From Desulfovibrio sp. (lineage in GTDB: Bacteria > Desulfobacterota > Desulfovibrionia > Desulfovibrionales > Desulfovibrionaceae): a stretch of 64,000 bases of DNA. The translations under genes and the position numbers were made by a program. Below are positions 27,630 to 37,982 of this stretch, piece after piece. Every line of letters begins with the position of its first letter. Position 1 is the first letter of the stretch. The stretch is taken from positions 8,807 through 72,806 of the forward strand of contig JAFQNG010000005.1 in the NCBI GenBank assembly GCA_017396005.1. The letters run 5' to 3'. The notes under the pieces were generated by a model. That model worked only from the letters and a program-made list of their open reading frames with translations. It did not search any database and had not been told where the DNA came from.

Positions 27630-29219
27630 TTAGATGTAGTTGGCAAGGCTCAGATTCATGATCATGGAAGAAGACTGCAGCACCGTCTGATAGGTGAGCT
27701 GCTGCCGGGTCAGCTTGGTCAGCAGTTCAGTCAGGTCAATGTCCTCCACATAGCTCAGGCGCTCCTGCTGATCCAGCTTCTGGAAGCTGATGACGTCCTG
27801 CGCCAGGGAGACACGGTTCTCCAGCCCGCCGATGCGCGCGGCCTCGGCCAGAATCTGCTTTTCGGCCTGGGTCAGGGCAGCCAGGGTGCGCTGGCAGCCT
27901 TCCTGATTATTGCCTTCCAGATAGCCGATAAAGGCGCCCACGACCTCCAGCAGATTGTCATCGCCCTTGAGCGTGTCCTGCCGCTGCCCGTATTCGTCCA
28001 GATAGATGCCGCCGAAAACATCCTTGCCCACACTGTTGACAGCTATGTGCGTGTCTTCAAGGATTTCATAGTCCAGATCAGCCCGCGAGGGATGGACCAT
28101 GAATTGCGTACCATCGCTGATAGTCTTGTCTCCAACACCATCCGCATCAATGTCTATATAGCCACCAGGAATAGGCAATTTGATTATATGGTCAGGATTA
28201 CCCGTGGTAGTACCCTGCACTGTAGTCCAATTGGAACCGCCGTCAGTGCTGTAGGACCAATAAAACTCCTTGCCCGCAGTGCGCAAATCGGCTTCTTCAT
28301 CAAAGCGTACCAGCACATTGGAAGCATAATCGCCAAAGGCTTCAGCTTTAAGGTCGATAGGCCCGCTCATGGTGGTGATGTCCGGCGGCGGGTCCTTGTC
28401 ATCGCCCTGATAGTAGGCACCGGGGCGGATGTAGAGGGTAGTGCCGTTCTTGGCACTGGCGCCGAGACTTTCATCATAGGCATCAGTAGTCCAGTTTACA
28501 GTCTGCTTATCGCCATCTATTTTGCTGAGAGTGACGATAACACCGTCACAATTCAGTTCAAGATTTCCTGCCTGATTTGGCGGGCCTACTTTTTCTTCCT
28601 TCCAAGTCTTGCCGCCGTCATTGGTCCAGCGAAATTCTGTGTTTTCCTTAACAACACCGGCTTCTGTAAACTGGACTATGATAGATTCAGCCGATGTGCC
28701 GCTGACAGAAATCAGGCCTTCTTCATTCTTGGTAGCCCAGTCCATATCCCAAGTCGTCACGGCCAGGCCTTCCACAAAGGCGCTGGAATCATAGCGGTGC
28801 CCGGCAAAGAGCTGTCTGCCCTCGAATTCCGTATTGGCCAGATTGAGCAGCTGGCCAAAGTAGGCGCGGGCCTCGTCAGCCATGAGCCGGCGCTGGTCGG
28901 CCGTATAGGTACCGGTAGACGCCTGCTCTGCCAGGCTCTTGAGGCCGATGATGGCATTGGGTACCTGTGTGGCCAGCACATTGTCAGCCAGCTGCAGCCA
29001 GCCCAGGGCCGTGTCGGTATTGGTCTTGAGCTGCTCGATATCCGATATCTTGTTGCGGCATGTGAGCACGCGGTAGGTGCCTGCCGGGTCGTCAGAAGGG
29101 CGGTTGATGCGCTTTTGCGTGGCGCCCTGCTCATTGCTGACCATATAGTCGGAAAGGCTCTTCTGCATACGGCTGACCATGTCGCCGTACATCATGCGTT
29201 GGGTAACTCGAATGCCCAT
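27630..29219 (-). CDS. flgL: Flagellar hook-associated protein 3
   Basis: [25 protein letters not shown]-terminal LSLANYI. Confidence 0.92.
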   Translation of the reverse strand: MGIRVTQRMMYGDMVSRMQKSLSDYMVSNEQGATQKRINRPSDDPAGTYRVLTCRNKISDIEQLKTNTDTALGWLQLADNVLATQVPNAIIGLKSLAEQASTGTYTADQRRLMADEARAYFGQLLNLANTEFEGRQLFAGHRYDSSAFVEGLAVTTWDMDWATKNEEGLISVSGTSAESIIVQFTEAGVVKENTEFRWTNDGGKTWKEEKVGPPNQAGNLELNCDGVIVTLSKIDGDKQTVNWTTDAYDESLGASAKNGTTLYIRPGAYYQGDDKDPPPDITTMSGPIDLKAEAFGDYASNVLVRFDEEADLRTAGKEFYWSYSTDGGSNWTTVQGTTTGNPDHIIKLPIPGGYIDIDADGVGDKTISDGTQFMVHPSRADLDYEILEDTHIAVNSVGKDVFGGIYLDEYGQRQDTLKGDDNLLEVVGAFIGYLEGNNQEGCQRTLAALTQAEKQILAEAARIGGLENRVSLAQDVISFQKLDQQERLSYVEDIDLTELLTKLTRQQLTYQTVLQSSSMIMNLSLANYI

Positions 29220-29231
29220 ACGTCCTCCCGT

Positions 29232-31391
29232 CTACTGCTTGAGGCCCAGCAGGGTTTGCAGCATCTGATCCGCAGTGGTGATCATCTTGGCCGCTGCGGT
29301 GTAGGAATGCTGATACTTGATGAGATTGCTCATCTCTTCGTCCATGTTCACGCCTGACACTGAGGCTACACGTTCTTCCAGATCCGCGGTGAGGGTGCCG
29401 TGGTATTCGGCATTGGTATTGGAGCGCCGCGTGTCCGCACCCACGGTGGTGACCAAATTGGCGTAGTATTCACTAATGCTCTGATCGTCCACAGTGCGCC
29501 AGAAGGTGGTGATGACCACATCCTTGTCAGACAGGGCGCCTATCTGCAGGGCAGAGATATTGTCGCCCACATTGGTCTGGAACTGCCCGTTGACCTGACC
29601 GGCAGCCACCAGATTCTCATTGGTGTGCACCTGCGTATTGACAGCCAGGGTGTCGGCATCGTGGCCGCTGAAGAAGGTATTTAGGCCAAGGGCAGCCATG
29701 AGGCCACAGGTGTCCGCACCCATGGCAAAGTTGATGCCATTCATATTGGTTTCGATGATGAGCCTGTCTGCCTGTATGGAAGCCTTGAGCGGATTGCTGC
29801 CATCTTCTAAGGTCATCCTGTTGATGGCATCCCTGACGTCCTCTAGGGTATGTACTGCAGGATTGAAGTTTTCCACCCGTACATCGTTTATATTGGTGTT
29901 GAAGTTGAGCATGGTCGACTCAAGATAGTCGCCTGTCACGGAATCGTAGAAGTGGAAATTGACATTGCCTTCCTGCAGACGGCCAGAGAAGGGCAGCACA
30001 GCCTGGGCCGAACCCAGAGGCTGGTCATAGGCCTCTATGAGCTGATCGCCCTGCAGATAGGTCAGGTGGTCAAGACCCGTGCCCTGGGTGTGGATGCGGT
30101 TCACCTCCCAGATCAGGGATGACATAACGGCATTGAGCTCATCCATGTAGCGGCCGCAGTTGTCGTCACGGATATTGTAATAGGCGGTCAGGGTACCACC
30201 GGTGAGACGGTGCGGATTGTCCGTGCCGTTGAAGTCGATCTGGGGGGTGATGTTCTCCGGCCCCTTGGTGGGCTCTATCCAGTACAGACCGTCCTTGGGA
30301 ATGATATCGAACTTGTCGCCCACATTGAAATCTGTAAGGCTGCTGAAGGATATCTTCAGGTTCTTGACCAGCACGGCATCCGTATCAATATTTCCATCAT
30401 TATCAAGATCTATGTTATTCTTGTTAGTGATGTCGAAGCGCATTTCCTTGCCTTCGGTATCACGCAGCCAGGTCTTGCCACCATCCAGAGAAACGCGGAA
30501 CTGCGGCGGCTCGGCTGTACTGCCTACACCAGGTGCAGTCCCCCCCCTGACGATCTCCACCGTATATTCATGGCTGTCCTGGCCGTCAACGATAACAGAA
30601 CCTTTATAGGTCGAGTCGGGCATGGGGCGGTTTTCGTTCCTGGGGCCCATGACGCGCACTTCATACGACACATAGCCGTCCACCAGGGGCTGGCCTGTGG
30701 TCAGCTGTACACGGTACTCACCCCGTCCATTGTCGATGGTTTCCACATCCATCATGGTGGCCAGTTCCTTGACCAGACGGTCGCGTTCGTCCAGCAGGCT
30801 GTTAGGGTTACTCATACCCTCAAGGGTATTGGCCGTGATCTGCTTGTTGATGTCGGCAATGGCCTTGGAAAGCTCATTGACGCGACTGACGTCTTCAGCA
30901 ATGGAGACATCCATTTCACGCTGAATGTCGCGTATGCTGTCCATGCTGTTACCCACCATATCGCTCAGGCCGTCGGCAAAGGAGATAAGGCTCTTGCGGG
31001 TGGCTATGTCGTCAGGCCTGAGGGAAAGATCCTGCCAGGCCCCGAAAAATTCATTGAGCAGAGAATTGATGCCTTCACGGTTGGACTCGTTGAAGATATT
31101 CTCCAGCGCGGCCATGATGGTTTCGTGCTCCTCCCAGCGGGAGGAGTTGGTGGACTGGGCCACATAGGCGCTGGTCAGGAAGGCATCGTAAAAACGCAGT
31201 ATCTGCTGGGCCTTGACACCAAGACCCTGTTCACCGGGATTGTAATTGATGCCCCCGGCATCGCGTTGATCCACATACTGGCGGGAGTAGCCTTCGGTAT
31301 CGGCATTGGCGATATTGTTGCCTGTGACCGATATCCAGGCCTGGGCAGCATTGAGAGCTGACTGGCCGATATTGAAGATACCGTTGAGCAT
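29232..31391 (-). CDS. flgK: Flagellar hook-associated protein 1
   Basis: GNNIANADTEGYSRQ, SGVNMDEEMSNLIKYQHSY. Confidence 0.95.
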   Translation of the reverse strand: MLNGIFNIGQSALNAAQAWISVTGNNIANADTEGYSRQYVDQRDAGGINYNPGEQGLGVKAQQILRFYDAFLTSAYVAQSTNSSRWEEHETIMAALENIFNESNREGINSLLNEFFGAWQDLSLRPDDIATRKSLISFADGLSDMVGNSMDSIRDIQREMDVSIAEDVSRVNELSKAIADINKQITANTLEGMSNPNSLLDERDRLVKELATMMDVETIDNGRGEYRVQLTTGQPLVDGYVSYEVRVMGPRNENRPMPDSTYKGSVIVDGQDSHEYTVEIVRGGTAPGVGSTAEPPQFRVSLDGGKTWLRDTEGKEMRFDITNKNNIDLDNDGNIDTDAVLVKNLKISFSSLTDFNVGDKFDIIPKDGLYWIEPTKGPENITPQIDFNGTDNPHRLTGGTLTAYYNIRDDNCGRYMDELNAVMSSLIWEVNRIHTQGTGLDHLTYLQGDQLIEAYDQPLGSAQAVLPFSGRLQEGNVNFHFYDSVTGDYLESTMLNFNTNINDVRVENFNPAVHTLEDVRDAINRMTLEDGSNPLKASIQADRLIIETNMNGINFAMGADTCGLMAALGLNTFFSGHDADTLAVNTQVHTNENLVAAGQVNGQFQTNVGDNISALQIGALSDKDVVITTFWRTVDDQSISEYYANLVTTVGADTRRSNTNAEYHGTLTADLEERVASVSGVNMDEEMSNLIKYQHSYTAAAKMITTADQMLQTLLGLKQ

Positions 31392-31394
31392 GGC

Positions 31395-31862
31395 TTACAA
31401 CCTCCCTGAAAGAATAGCCGCCTCAGGGTGTCCGGCGCGGCACATGTCGCCGCGGCGACAGTAGATTTCACCTGTGGCGGGCGTCACCTGGCTGGTAATG
31501 GCATGGAGGTTGCGACTGCTCTGGTCAAGAAGTGCAAGAGAGAGTTGCGCATTGCGCGAGGCCTGGCGCGAGGCCTGCTGCTCATTGTTGTCAATGGATG
31601 CAAAAAGACCACGCAGAGCCTGCCCTTCTTCCTGTGACAGGCTGTCGGCATAATCCATGACACGACAGCCCTTGAGCAGGTCGATGATGAAGGTTTTTTC
31701 TACAGCCAGCTGACGTACCAGCTCCTGTATGGAGAATTCCAGCTGGGCCACTGTAGCTGTGTCCCGGTCCAGCAGGATGTGATATTCTTCTGCCAACAGA
31801 TGGGCCAGAAGGGTCAGAGCCTTGTCCTGACGGAATAAGCTTTCATATATGAGTTGATACAT
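31395..31862 (-). CDS. flgN: Flagellar export chaperone FlgN
   Basis: Helical, upstream of flgK. Confidence 0.75.
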   Translation of the reverse strand: MYQLIYESLFRQDKALTLLAHLLAEEYHILLDRDTATVAQLEFSIQELVRQLAVEKTFIIDLLKGCRVMDYADSLSQEEGQALRGLFASIDNNEQQASRQASRNAQLSLALLDQSSRNLHAITSQVTPATGEIYCRRGDMCRAGHPEAAILSGRL

Positions 31863-31918
31863 GCAGGCCTCTCTTGTACTGCGGCAGAAATTGCCCGTCG
31901 TTCTTTTGGATCAATTTC

Positions 31919-31935
31919 TGCAAGAAGCATGCCTG
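31919..31935 (-). promoter_or_regulatory. Sigma54-type promoter for flgN-flgK-flgL
   Basis: Minus strand AGGCAT-GCTTC-TTGC (-24 GG / -12 GC spacing). Confidence 0.6.
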
Positions 31936-33180
31936 TTAACTCTTCAGCGTATCGGCCGTCAGCGGTGGTATGGAGAATGCTCCGGCTGGCGCATCTTTCT
32001 GTTCTGTTCGGGCAGCGGCTGCCGGTGCTGCTGGCGACAGGGGCGGCACAGGGGCCTGCATATTTTGCCCGTTCCCTGCCTGATGACCCTGCTGTCCGTT
32101 TTGCGTGGCCTGGGCCGCGTGATAGGCGGCAAGGCCTGCCCCAGCGCGACTGTTTGGGCCTACGGCATCCACATTCATGTTACGGGCCAGCTCCAGGCCA
32201 CGCTTTTTGTCAGAGGCCATTTCAGGCATATTGGTGGTATAGCGCTCAGTGCGCCCTTCCTGCGTAAAACCAGCCTCTGCCGCCTGTGCAGCCATATCTG
32301 ATCGTGCTGGCTGACTTGGACGCTGCAGAGGGGGCCTTACTGAATGTGGTCCCAGTTTGTCGCCGGCATCACGCTGAGCTCTGCGGGCCAGCTCCAGCCC
32401 TGAAGGACCCTGGCGGCGGGGGCGCTGTCTTTTTTCTTCTCTGCCGGTGTGCTGTGCCGCTTCGGCATTGCTGCGGGCCATGGCCTGCTGGCTGCGCAGG
32501 GCAGAAAGGGCCCGTTCTATCTCCGGATTGGTCAGGACGGTTTCCCCCTTTGTCTGAGAGTTTTGCGGCGTCACTGCCGGGGGCTGTGTTTTCTGTGTCG
32601 TCTGCCTGTCTGCAGGTGTGATTCCTCCCGGCAGGGCCGGGCTTTCATAAACACCGGCCAGTGCTGCGGGGGCAGGCTTGTCTGTTGTCTTTCCTGCGGC
32701 AGTGGGTGTGCTCTGCGGGCCTGCTGGTACTGTGTCTGTGGGTGCAGTTGGCAACAGGGGGGCTGCTGCAGGCGTGAAAGCGCGTATACCTGACTGCGCG
32801 GCTGCTGTGCGGCTGGAAGACAGCAGGCTTTGCGAAAGCTGTGCATACATCATATCAGCCAGACCAATGCCCCCGGCCGAGGTCATGCTCTTGGCCAGTT
32901 CCTGATCATACATGTCCTGCCAGTAGCGCTCGTCGCGACTTTGCAGCAGGCCGTTCTTGGGCAGGGTGTTGCGCATTTCCTGCCACATCTTCTGGATGAA
33001 GACAGACTCAAAGCCTTCACAGGCTTCGCGCAGCTTCTGTGCCTTGGCCTCGGGCGTCAGCTTTCTGCCATTGAGGTCGCCAAGACCGGTCAGACGGGCC
33101 TGCAGTTCGCGACGGGCATTTTCGCCCGGTGCTGCTGATGTGGCCTGAGCAGAGGAGAGTGCGTTAAGCTGGGCAGTCAT
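31936..33180 (-). CDS. flgJ: FlgJ-like rod-binding protein with low-complexity tail
   Basis: LREACEGFESVF..MRNT, MYDQELA..GGIGLADM; downstream of flgI. Confidence 0.75.
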   Translation of the reverse strand: MTAQLNALSSAQATSAAPGENARRELQARLTGLGDLNGRKLTPEAKAQKLREACEGFESVFIQKMWQEMRNTLPKNGLLQSRDERYWQDMYDQELAKSMTSAGGIGLADMMYAQLSQSLLSSSRTAAAQSGIRAFTPAAAPLLPTAPTDTVPAGPQSTPTAAGKTTDKPAPAALAGVYESPALPGGITPADRQTTQKTQPPAVTPQNSQTKGETVLTNPEIERALSALRSQQAMARSNAEAAQHTGREEKRQRPRRQGPSGLELARRAQRDAGDKLGPHSVRPPLQRPSQPARSDMAAQAAEAGFTQEGRTERYTTNMPEMASDKKRGLELARNMNVDAVGPNSRAGAGLAAYHAAQATQNGQQGHQAGNGQNMQAPVPPLSPAAPAAAARTEQKDAPAGAFSIPPLTADTLKS

Positions 33181-34293
33181 TTAGATAACCTCCAGTTCGG
33201 CATGGAGCGAGCCGGAAACCTGCAATGTACGCAGTATGGAGATGAGGTCGCGCGGAGTAGCACCTATGGCGTTGAGGCCATCCACCAGTTCCTGCAGGGT
33301 GGCGCCCTCCACCATGACTAGGCGGCGGCGTTCTTCACGTATGTTGATGTCGGTCTGCGGGGTCACCACGGTCTGTCCCTGCGAGAAGGGGCCAGGCTGT
33401 GAAACCTGCTCACCCTCCTGTACGGTTATCTGCAGGTTGCCGTGGGCCACGGCCGCACGCGAGATGCGTACATCACGCCCCAGCACCACGGTGCCTGTCT
33501 TTTCGTCCACGACCACTCGGGCAGCCACATCAGGTGTGACCTCCAGATTCTCTACCGAGGCCATGAGCGGTACCAGGTTATTCTTGTACTGCGGTGGCAC
33601 GTTAACGCTGACACTGGCGGCATCAATGGCGCGGGCATACTGCCCGCCCATGGCCGCATTAAGCCGTTCGGCAATCTGCTGGGCAGTGGAGAAGTCGGCC
33701 ATGCGCAGGTTGAGGGTCAGATTATCCTGCTGATTGAACTCAAAGGGGATACCGCGTTCCACAATGCCACCACCGGGGATGATGCCCGAGGTGCTGACGT
33801 TTTTGCCGCTTCTGGCAGCTGCCCCGTCAGCCGAGTAGCCGCCCACGGTCAGAGGTCCCTGGGCCAGGCAGTAGGTCTTGCCGTCCACGCCCTTGAGAGC
33901 TGTCTGCAGCAGGGTGCCGCCCAGCAGGGAGGTGGCGTCCCCTACTGAAGCCACGTTCACGTCCAGTCGGCTGCCAGGTTTGGCCGAAACAGGCATGCGC
34001 GCCGTTACCATGACCGAGGCTACATTTTTGATCTTGAGGGCCTTGGTATTGATGCCGATGCCCATCTTGTCCATCATATTTTTCATGGAGCTCAGGGTGA
34101 AGACAGAATCCTTCTTGTCGCCTGTACCGGCCAGACCCACCACCAGGCCGTAGCCGATGAGCTGATTGTCACGTACGCCGGAGAAACTGGCTATGTCTTT
34201 AATGCGTACGGCATGAGCCGGGGCAGTAAAACAGAAAAGAGCGACTATGAGGGCCATGCCAGAGAGAATACGCCGGGGGACAGTCAATTTCAT
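33181..34293 (-). CDS. flgI: Flagellar P-ring protein
   Basis: [27 protein letters not shown]. Confidence 0.97.
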   Translation of the reverse strand: MKLTVPRRILSGMALIVALFCFTAPAHAVRIKDIASFSGVRDNQLIGYGLVVGLAGTGDKKDSVFTLSSMKNMMDKMGIGINTKALKIKNVASVMVTARMPVSAKPGSRLDVNVASVGDATSLLGGTLLQTALKGVDGKTYCLAQGPLTVGGYSADGAAARSGKNVSTSGIIPGGGIVERGIPFEFNQQDNLTLNLRMADFSTAQQIAERLNAAMGGQYARAIDAASVSVNVPPQYKNNLVPLMASVENLEVTPDVAARVVVDEKTGTVVLGRDVRISRAAVAHGNLQITVQEGEQVSQPGPFSQGQTVVTPQTDINIREERRRLVMVEGATLQELVDGLNAIGATPRDLISILRTLQVSGSLHAELEVI

Positions 34294-34398
34294 GGCAGCA
34301 TTCCTTATGTTATATTTTAAAATAATATAAGTTATTTCAGTGTGTTATAAATTGATACCAGGCATGTTTCCTGAAAAACAGCGTACAGACGGTATCTC

Positions 34399-34414
34399 TG
34401 CATGAAGTGTGCCG
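34399..34414 (-). promoter_or_regulatory. Sigma54-type promoter for flgI
   Basis: Minus strand CGGCAC-ACTTC-ATGC. Confidence 0.5.
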
Positions 34415-34484
34415 AGATACGAAAAAGGGCCCCTTTCATCATGAACGAAAGGAGCCCCTGAGTGGGTTATATGTGGTAACGGTT

Positions 34485-34805
34485 TTACAGTCGGAAGAGA
34501 CCTGGTTCTTCGCGCACAAGGGCCGCGGCGATGCGCTGGCTGTCAGGCCTGTAGGTGCCATCAGCCACCTGCAGGCGCAGGGCATCAACCTTGCTGGCGC
34601 GTACGTCAGGCGTATTTTGGGCAGTGCGGTGAGCCTCAGTCAGCAAACGGGCATCGTGCGACACGCTGATCCTGTCGCCCTGTGCAGCTGCTTCACGCTG
34701 TGTCTCGTTGCGGGCACGCCCACGTGCATCTGCGCTTCTCTCCAGGCTGGCGGCATAGTGTTCGGCCAGAAGGCTCTTGCTCTGGATTTCCATAACGCTC
34801 TCCAT
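34485..34805 (-). CDS. flgM: Anti-sigma-28 factor FlgM
   Basis: DRISVS, PDVRASKVDALRLQVADGTYRPD..IA. Confidence 0.9.
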   Translation of the reverse strand: MESVMEIQSKSLLAEHYAASLERSADARGRARNETQREAAAQGDRISVSHDARLLTEAHRTAQNTPDVRASKVDALRLQVADGTYRPDSQRIAAALVREEPGLFRL

Positions 34806-34812
34806 TTGCCCA

Positions 34813-35253
34813 TCAGGCCCTCAGGCCAGTGGGTTTCACCAGCATACTCTGGTCTACTTTCTGGCGTGTGATACGCCAGAGGGCGTTGCGGGTACGGCAC
34901 TGTTCGTCTTCGCTTAGGGGCCGTGGACCGTCAGGGCCCACACCTACAATGCAAAGCTTTTCGCCGGGGGGGTAGGTAAACTCCAGCTCCAATCCTACAG
35001 CCAGGCTCAGAGCCTGACGAATCTCTTCCACCATGGGGTTGTCACTGCCTGTGAATATGAGGCTGTCGTACAGCTCCTGCGCCACCTTCTCCACAAAGGC
35101 ACGGCGTTTGATGGATGGATCCGGATCATAGGGTTCTTCGCCCTCGGCCATACGCCGACGTACCCTGAAACGGGCCAGACGCCGCGCCGCGAGCAGCTGC
35201 TGCTCGTAGCTGCGCAACATAACGCGCTGTTGCAGAGTGCTCAGTTCGGCCAT
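34813..35253 (-). CDS. FlgM-associated conserved protein (DVU0524-like)
   Basis: MLRSYEQQL..RRLARF, LWRITRQKVDQSML; upstream of flgM. Confidence 0.75.
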   Translation of the reverse strand: MAELSTLQQRVMLRSYEQQLLAARRLARFRVRRRMAEGEEPYDPDPSIKRRAFVEKVAQELYDSLIFTGSDNPMVEEIRQALSLAVGLELEFTYPPGEKLCIVGVGPDGPRPLSEDEQCRTRNALWRITRQKVDQSMLVKPTGLRA

Positions 35254-35277
35254 GGTACAGTCCCGTCCCTAGTAAAT

Positions 35278-35304
35278 ATTTCGGCTTTCAGGCAGAATAC
35301 TTTA
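35278..35304 (-). promoter_or_regulatory. Sigma28-type promoter
   Basis: Minus strand TAAA-15 nt-GCCGAAAA upstream of the flgM operon. Confidence 0.7.
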
Positions 35305-36192
35305 GCCCTTTTCTGGTACTGATTGCAAGGCCGCCTCCTGGGCAATACGCAGGCAGAGATCGGCCTTGTTTAATGTGTAAAGATGTATGCCCGGCGCACC
35401 CAGGGCCAGGAGCTGCCGTATCTGTGTCACGGCAAAAGCCAGGCCTTCCTCACGCACCGCTGCATTGCCGCCCTTGGCATGGGCCTCTTCCAGGCCGAGA
35501 TAGAACTTGGCAGGAATGCTTGCCCCGCACAGAGAGAGCACACGTCGCAGGGAGTCAAAACTTTGTATGGGCAGAATACCCGGTACTATGGGTACATCTA
35601 GCCCCTCGGCCTGCAGCGACTCTACCAGGGCCGCATATTCGCGGGTATCGAAAAAAAGCTGGGTCACGGCAAAATCTGCCCCGGCACGCAGTTTGACAGC
35701 CGTATGGCGCCGGTCTTCGGCAAAGGAGGGGGATTCCGGATGCGGGGCAGGGTAGGCTGCTACACCTATGCCCATGCGCGGTTCACGTTCACGCACAAAA
35801 CGTACCAGGTCTGCTGCGTGCTGAAAAGCCCCCTTTCCCCAGTCCCAGGCAGTGTCTCTGGGCGGGTCACCGCGCAGAGCCAGTACATTATATACCCCTG
35901 CTGCACGCAACTCTGCCAAAAAGGCGGCGATCTTTTCTTCTTCTGCCCCTACACATGTCAGATGGGCCATGGTAGTGAAGCCCCGCCTCGCAAGCTCTGC
36001 AGTGACAGAGAGGGTGTTGTACTGTTTGCCACCACCTGCGCCATACGTGACAGAGATATAGAGAGGGTCAAGGGCTCTCAGCCGTTCGGCAGTCTGATAG
36101 AAGGCGGGCAGCTGGGCGGCGTCCGAAGGTGGAAAAAACTCCAGCGAATAGAAGGGGCGTCGGGCTGAGCGGATCAAATCGCCTATCTGCAT
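35302..36192 (-). CDS. metF: Methylenetetrahydrofolate reductase
   Basis: SLEFFPP, SVTYGAGG, AHLTC, LALRGDPP, TQLFFD, HLYTLN. Confidence 0.95.
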   Translation of the reverse strand: MQIGDLIRSARRPFYSLEFFPPSDAAQLPAFYQTAERLRALDPLYISVTYGAGGGKQYNTLSVTAELARRGFTTMAHLTCVGAEEEKIAAFLAELRAAGVYNVLALRGDPPRDTAWDWGKGAFQHAADLVRFVREREPRMGIGVAAYPAPHPESPSFAEDRRHTAVKLRAGADFAVTQLFFDTREYAALVESLQAEGLDVPIVPGILPIQSFDSLRRVLSLCGASIPAKFYLGLEEAHAKGGNAAVREEGLAFAVTQIRQLLALGAPGIHLYTLNKADLCLRIAQEAALQSVPEKG

Positions 36193-36244
36193 ATGTGACT
36201 CCTTGCGGCAGGTAAAAAATTTAGCGAAATAATATCTATTTATA

Positions 36245-36262
36245 TATCAAGATAAATTGATA
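36245..36262. promoter_or_regulatory. Palindromic operator upstream of metF (candidate SahR site)
   Basis: TATCAA-6 nt-TTGATA perfect palindrome; regulator identity inferred. Confidence 0.55.
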
Positions 36263-36319
36263 CAGTCAAGATTTCTCCTGTTGTCTTGCCAAACAGCGTT
36301 GTCAGTCCTATCTGATGGC

Positions 36320-37216
36320 ATGCAAACTCGACCTGACATCACATATTATTTTCAAAAAGGCAGCCTGTTGTTTGTCCTCTGCTGTGTGCTGGCCTTTTGT
36401 TTGAGCCTTTACTGCAGTTCTGCCCGGGCCCAGGCAGCAGATGACGACCTGCCTGTCGAAGACCCTGTGATGCAGGCCCATGTGCACTGGCTGTCTCTGG
36501 AGCCGGGCCTGGAAGCGGCAGACATATCCCTAGGGCGGGAGCATCATCTGAGTGTACTGCGTATTGATCCTGCTCATTTTAACTTCGTTCTCTGCGCCAG
36601 TTCGCAGCATGGCGTGCCGCGCAGTCTGGCCCGATGGAGCACGGATTTTGACCTTGTGGCAGCCATCAATGCCGGCATGTATCTGCCAGACGGGCGTACC
36701 AATGTGGGCTATCTGCGCGAGGGCAGACATATTAATAACAAGCGGGTGTCCCAGCGCCCCGGCGCTTTTTTTGTGGCCGGGCCTGACGGCCCTGACCTGC
36801 CTTCTGTGGCTATCCTTGAAAGAGAAGACCCCCGCTGGCAGCAGCTTGACCGCTTTCGTCTCGTCATTCAGAATTACCGTATGATCAGCGGCCAGAGGCA
36901 GATACTCTGGCAGGCTGATGGCCCACCCAGTGCCATTGCCGCTGTAGGGGAAGACGGTCAGGGGCACATCCTCTTTCTCTACTGCCCGCAGGATATGGAC
37001 CCCTACCGTTTTTGCCGATGGCTGCTGGACCTTCCGCTGGATGTGCGCACGGTCATGTATGTGGAGGGGGGCAGTCAGGCTGGCCTGAGCCTGCGCTGTG
37101 CCCAAGCACAACGTGATCTTGGCGGTACTGTCAGTTCTTTCCTGCAGGGCTTGGTACAGAAGGCACAACTGCCCAATGTTCTGGGCATAAAGCGCAAGAC
37201 AGGAGTGATGGAGTAG
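36320..37216 (+). CDS. Phosphodiester glycosidase family exported protein
   Basis: VLRIDP, AAINAGMY, MYVEGG, LPNVLG. Confidence 0.75.
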   Translation: MQTRPDITYYFQKGSLLFVLCCVLAFCLSLYCSSARAQAADDDLPVEDPVMQAHVHWLSLEPGLEAADISLGREHHLSVLRIDPAHFNFVLCASSQHGVPRSLARWSTDFDLVAAINAGMYLPDGRTNVGYLREGRHINNKRVSQRPGAFFVAGPDGPDLPSVAILEREDPRWQQLDRFRLVIQNYRMISGQRQILWQADGPPSAIAAVGEDGQGHILFLYCPQDMDPYRFCRWLLDLPLDVRTVMYVEGGSQAGLSLRCAQAQRDLGGTVSSFLQGLVQKAQLPNVLGIKRKTGVME

Positions 37217-37333
37217 AGTATTTAAAAGTAATAATTATTTTTAGCAAATTTTTGTTTACAAAAAATCTGTTTTGAAGTAAAGAAGAGTCCCTGTACCGAG
37301 GGGAAAGCCCCCAAAAACATATACGAGGTTGAT

Positions 37334-37714
37334 ATGCCCAAGCAGCTTGAAGTCTATAAATGTACCCGTTGTGGCAATATTGTTGAAGTCCTGCATGGTG
37401 GTGGTGCAGATCTGGTCTGCTGTCACGAGCCCATGAAGCACATGGTCGAAGGCGCTACTGACGGCGCACAGGAAAAGCATGTGCCCGTCATTGAAAAGAT
37501 CGATGGTGGCTATAAGGTGAGCGTGGGCAGCGTGGCGCACCCCATGGAAGAAAAGCATTATATTGAATGGATTGAGCTTGTGGCTGATGGCAAGAGCTAT
37601 ACGCAGTTCCTCCAGCCCGGTCAGGAGCCTGTGGCTGTTTTCATGATTGACGCTGCAAAGGTGACCGCGCGCGAGTACTGTAATCTGCACGGGCACTGGA
37701 AAGCCGAAAACTAG
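37334..37714 (+). CDS. dfx: Desulfoferrodoxin (superoxide reductase)
   Basis: C..CGN...[24 protein letters not shown]. Confidence 0.97.
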   Translation: MPKQLEVYKCTRCGNIVEVLHGGGADLVCCHEPMKHMVEGATDGAQEKHVPVIEKIDGGYKVSVGSVAHPMEEKHYIEWIELVADGKSYTQFLQPGQEPVAVFMIDAAKVTAREYCNLHGHWKAEN

Positions 37715-37762
37715 TAACTGTCGTTACTGATAGTATACAGCATAATATTCAAGGAGAAAGTC

Positions 37763-37900
37763 ATGCAGAAACATGTATGCAGCGTTTGCGGTTATGAGTA
37801 TGATCCGGCTGAAAATGACAACGTGCCCTTTGATCAGCTGCCTGATGACTGGTCCTGCCCTGTCTGCGGCGTAAGCAAGGATCAGTTTGCCGCGTCCTAA
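37763..37900 (+). CDS. rub: Rubredoxin (45-aa short type)
   Basis: Below ORF-track cutoff; [26 protein letters not shown]; AAGGAG RBS. Confidence 0.95.
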   Translation: MQKHVCSVCGYEYDPAENDNVPFDQLPDDWSCPVCGVSKDQFAAS

Positions 37901-37982
37901 TATGCTCTGATTCCGAAAGTGACCCCGCCCTGCCGCAATGGCTGGTGCGGGGTTTTTGCTGTAACACATACGGAGAGTCTTC

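Noticed and set aside
27594-29357. 587-aa plus-strand ORF and similar long antisense ORFs (37761-39137, 55846-57267, 30210-31361, 22-756)
   Set aside because: Shadow frames opposite well-supported genes in GC-rich DNA; no motifs
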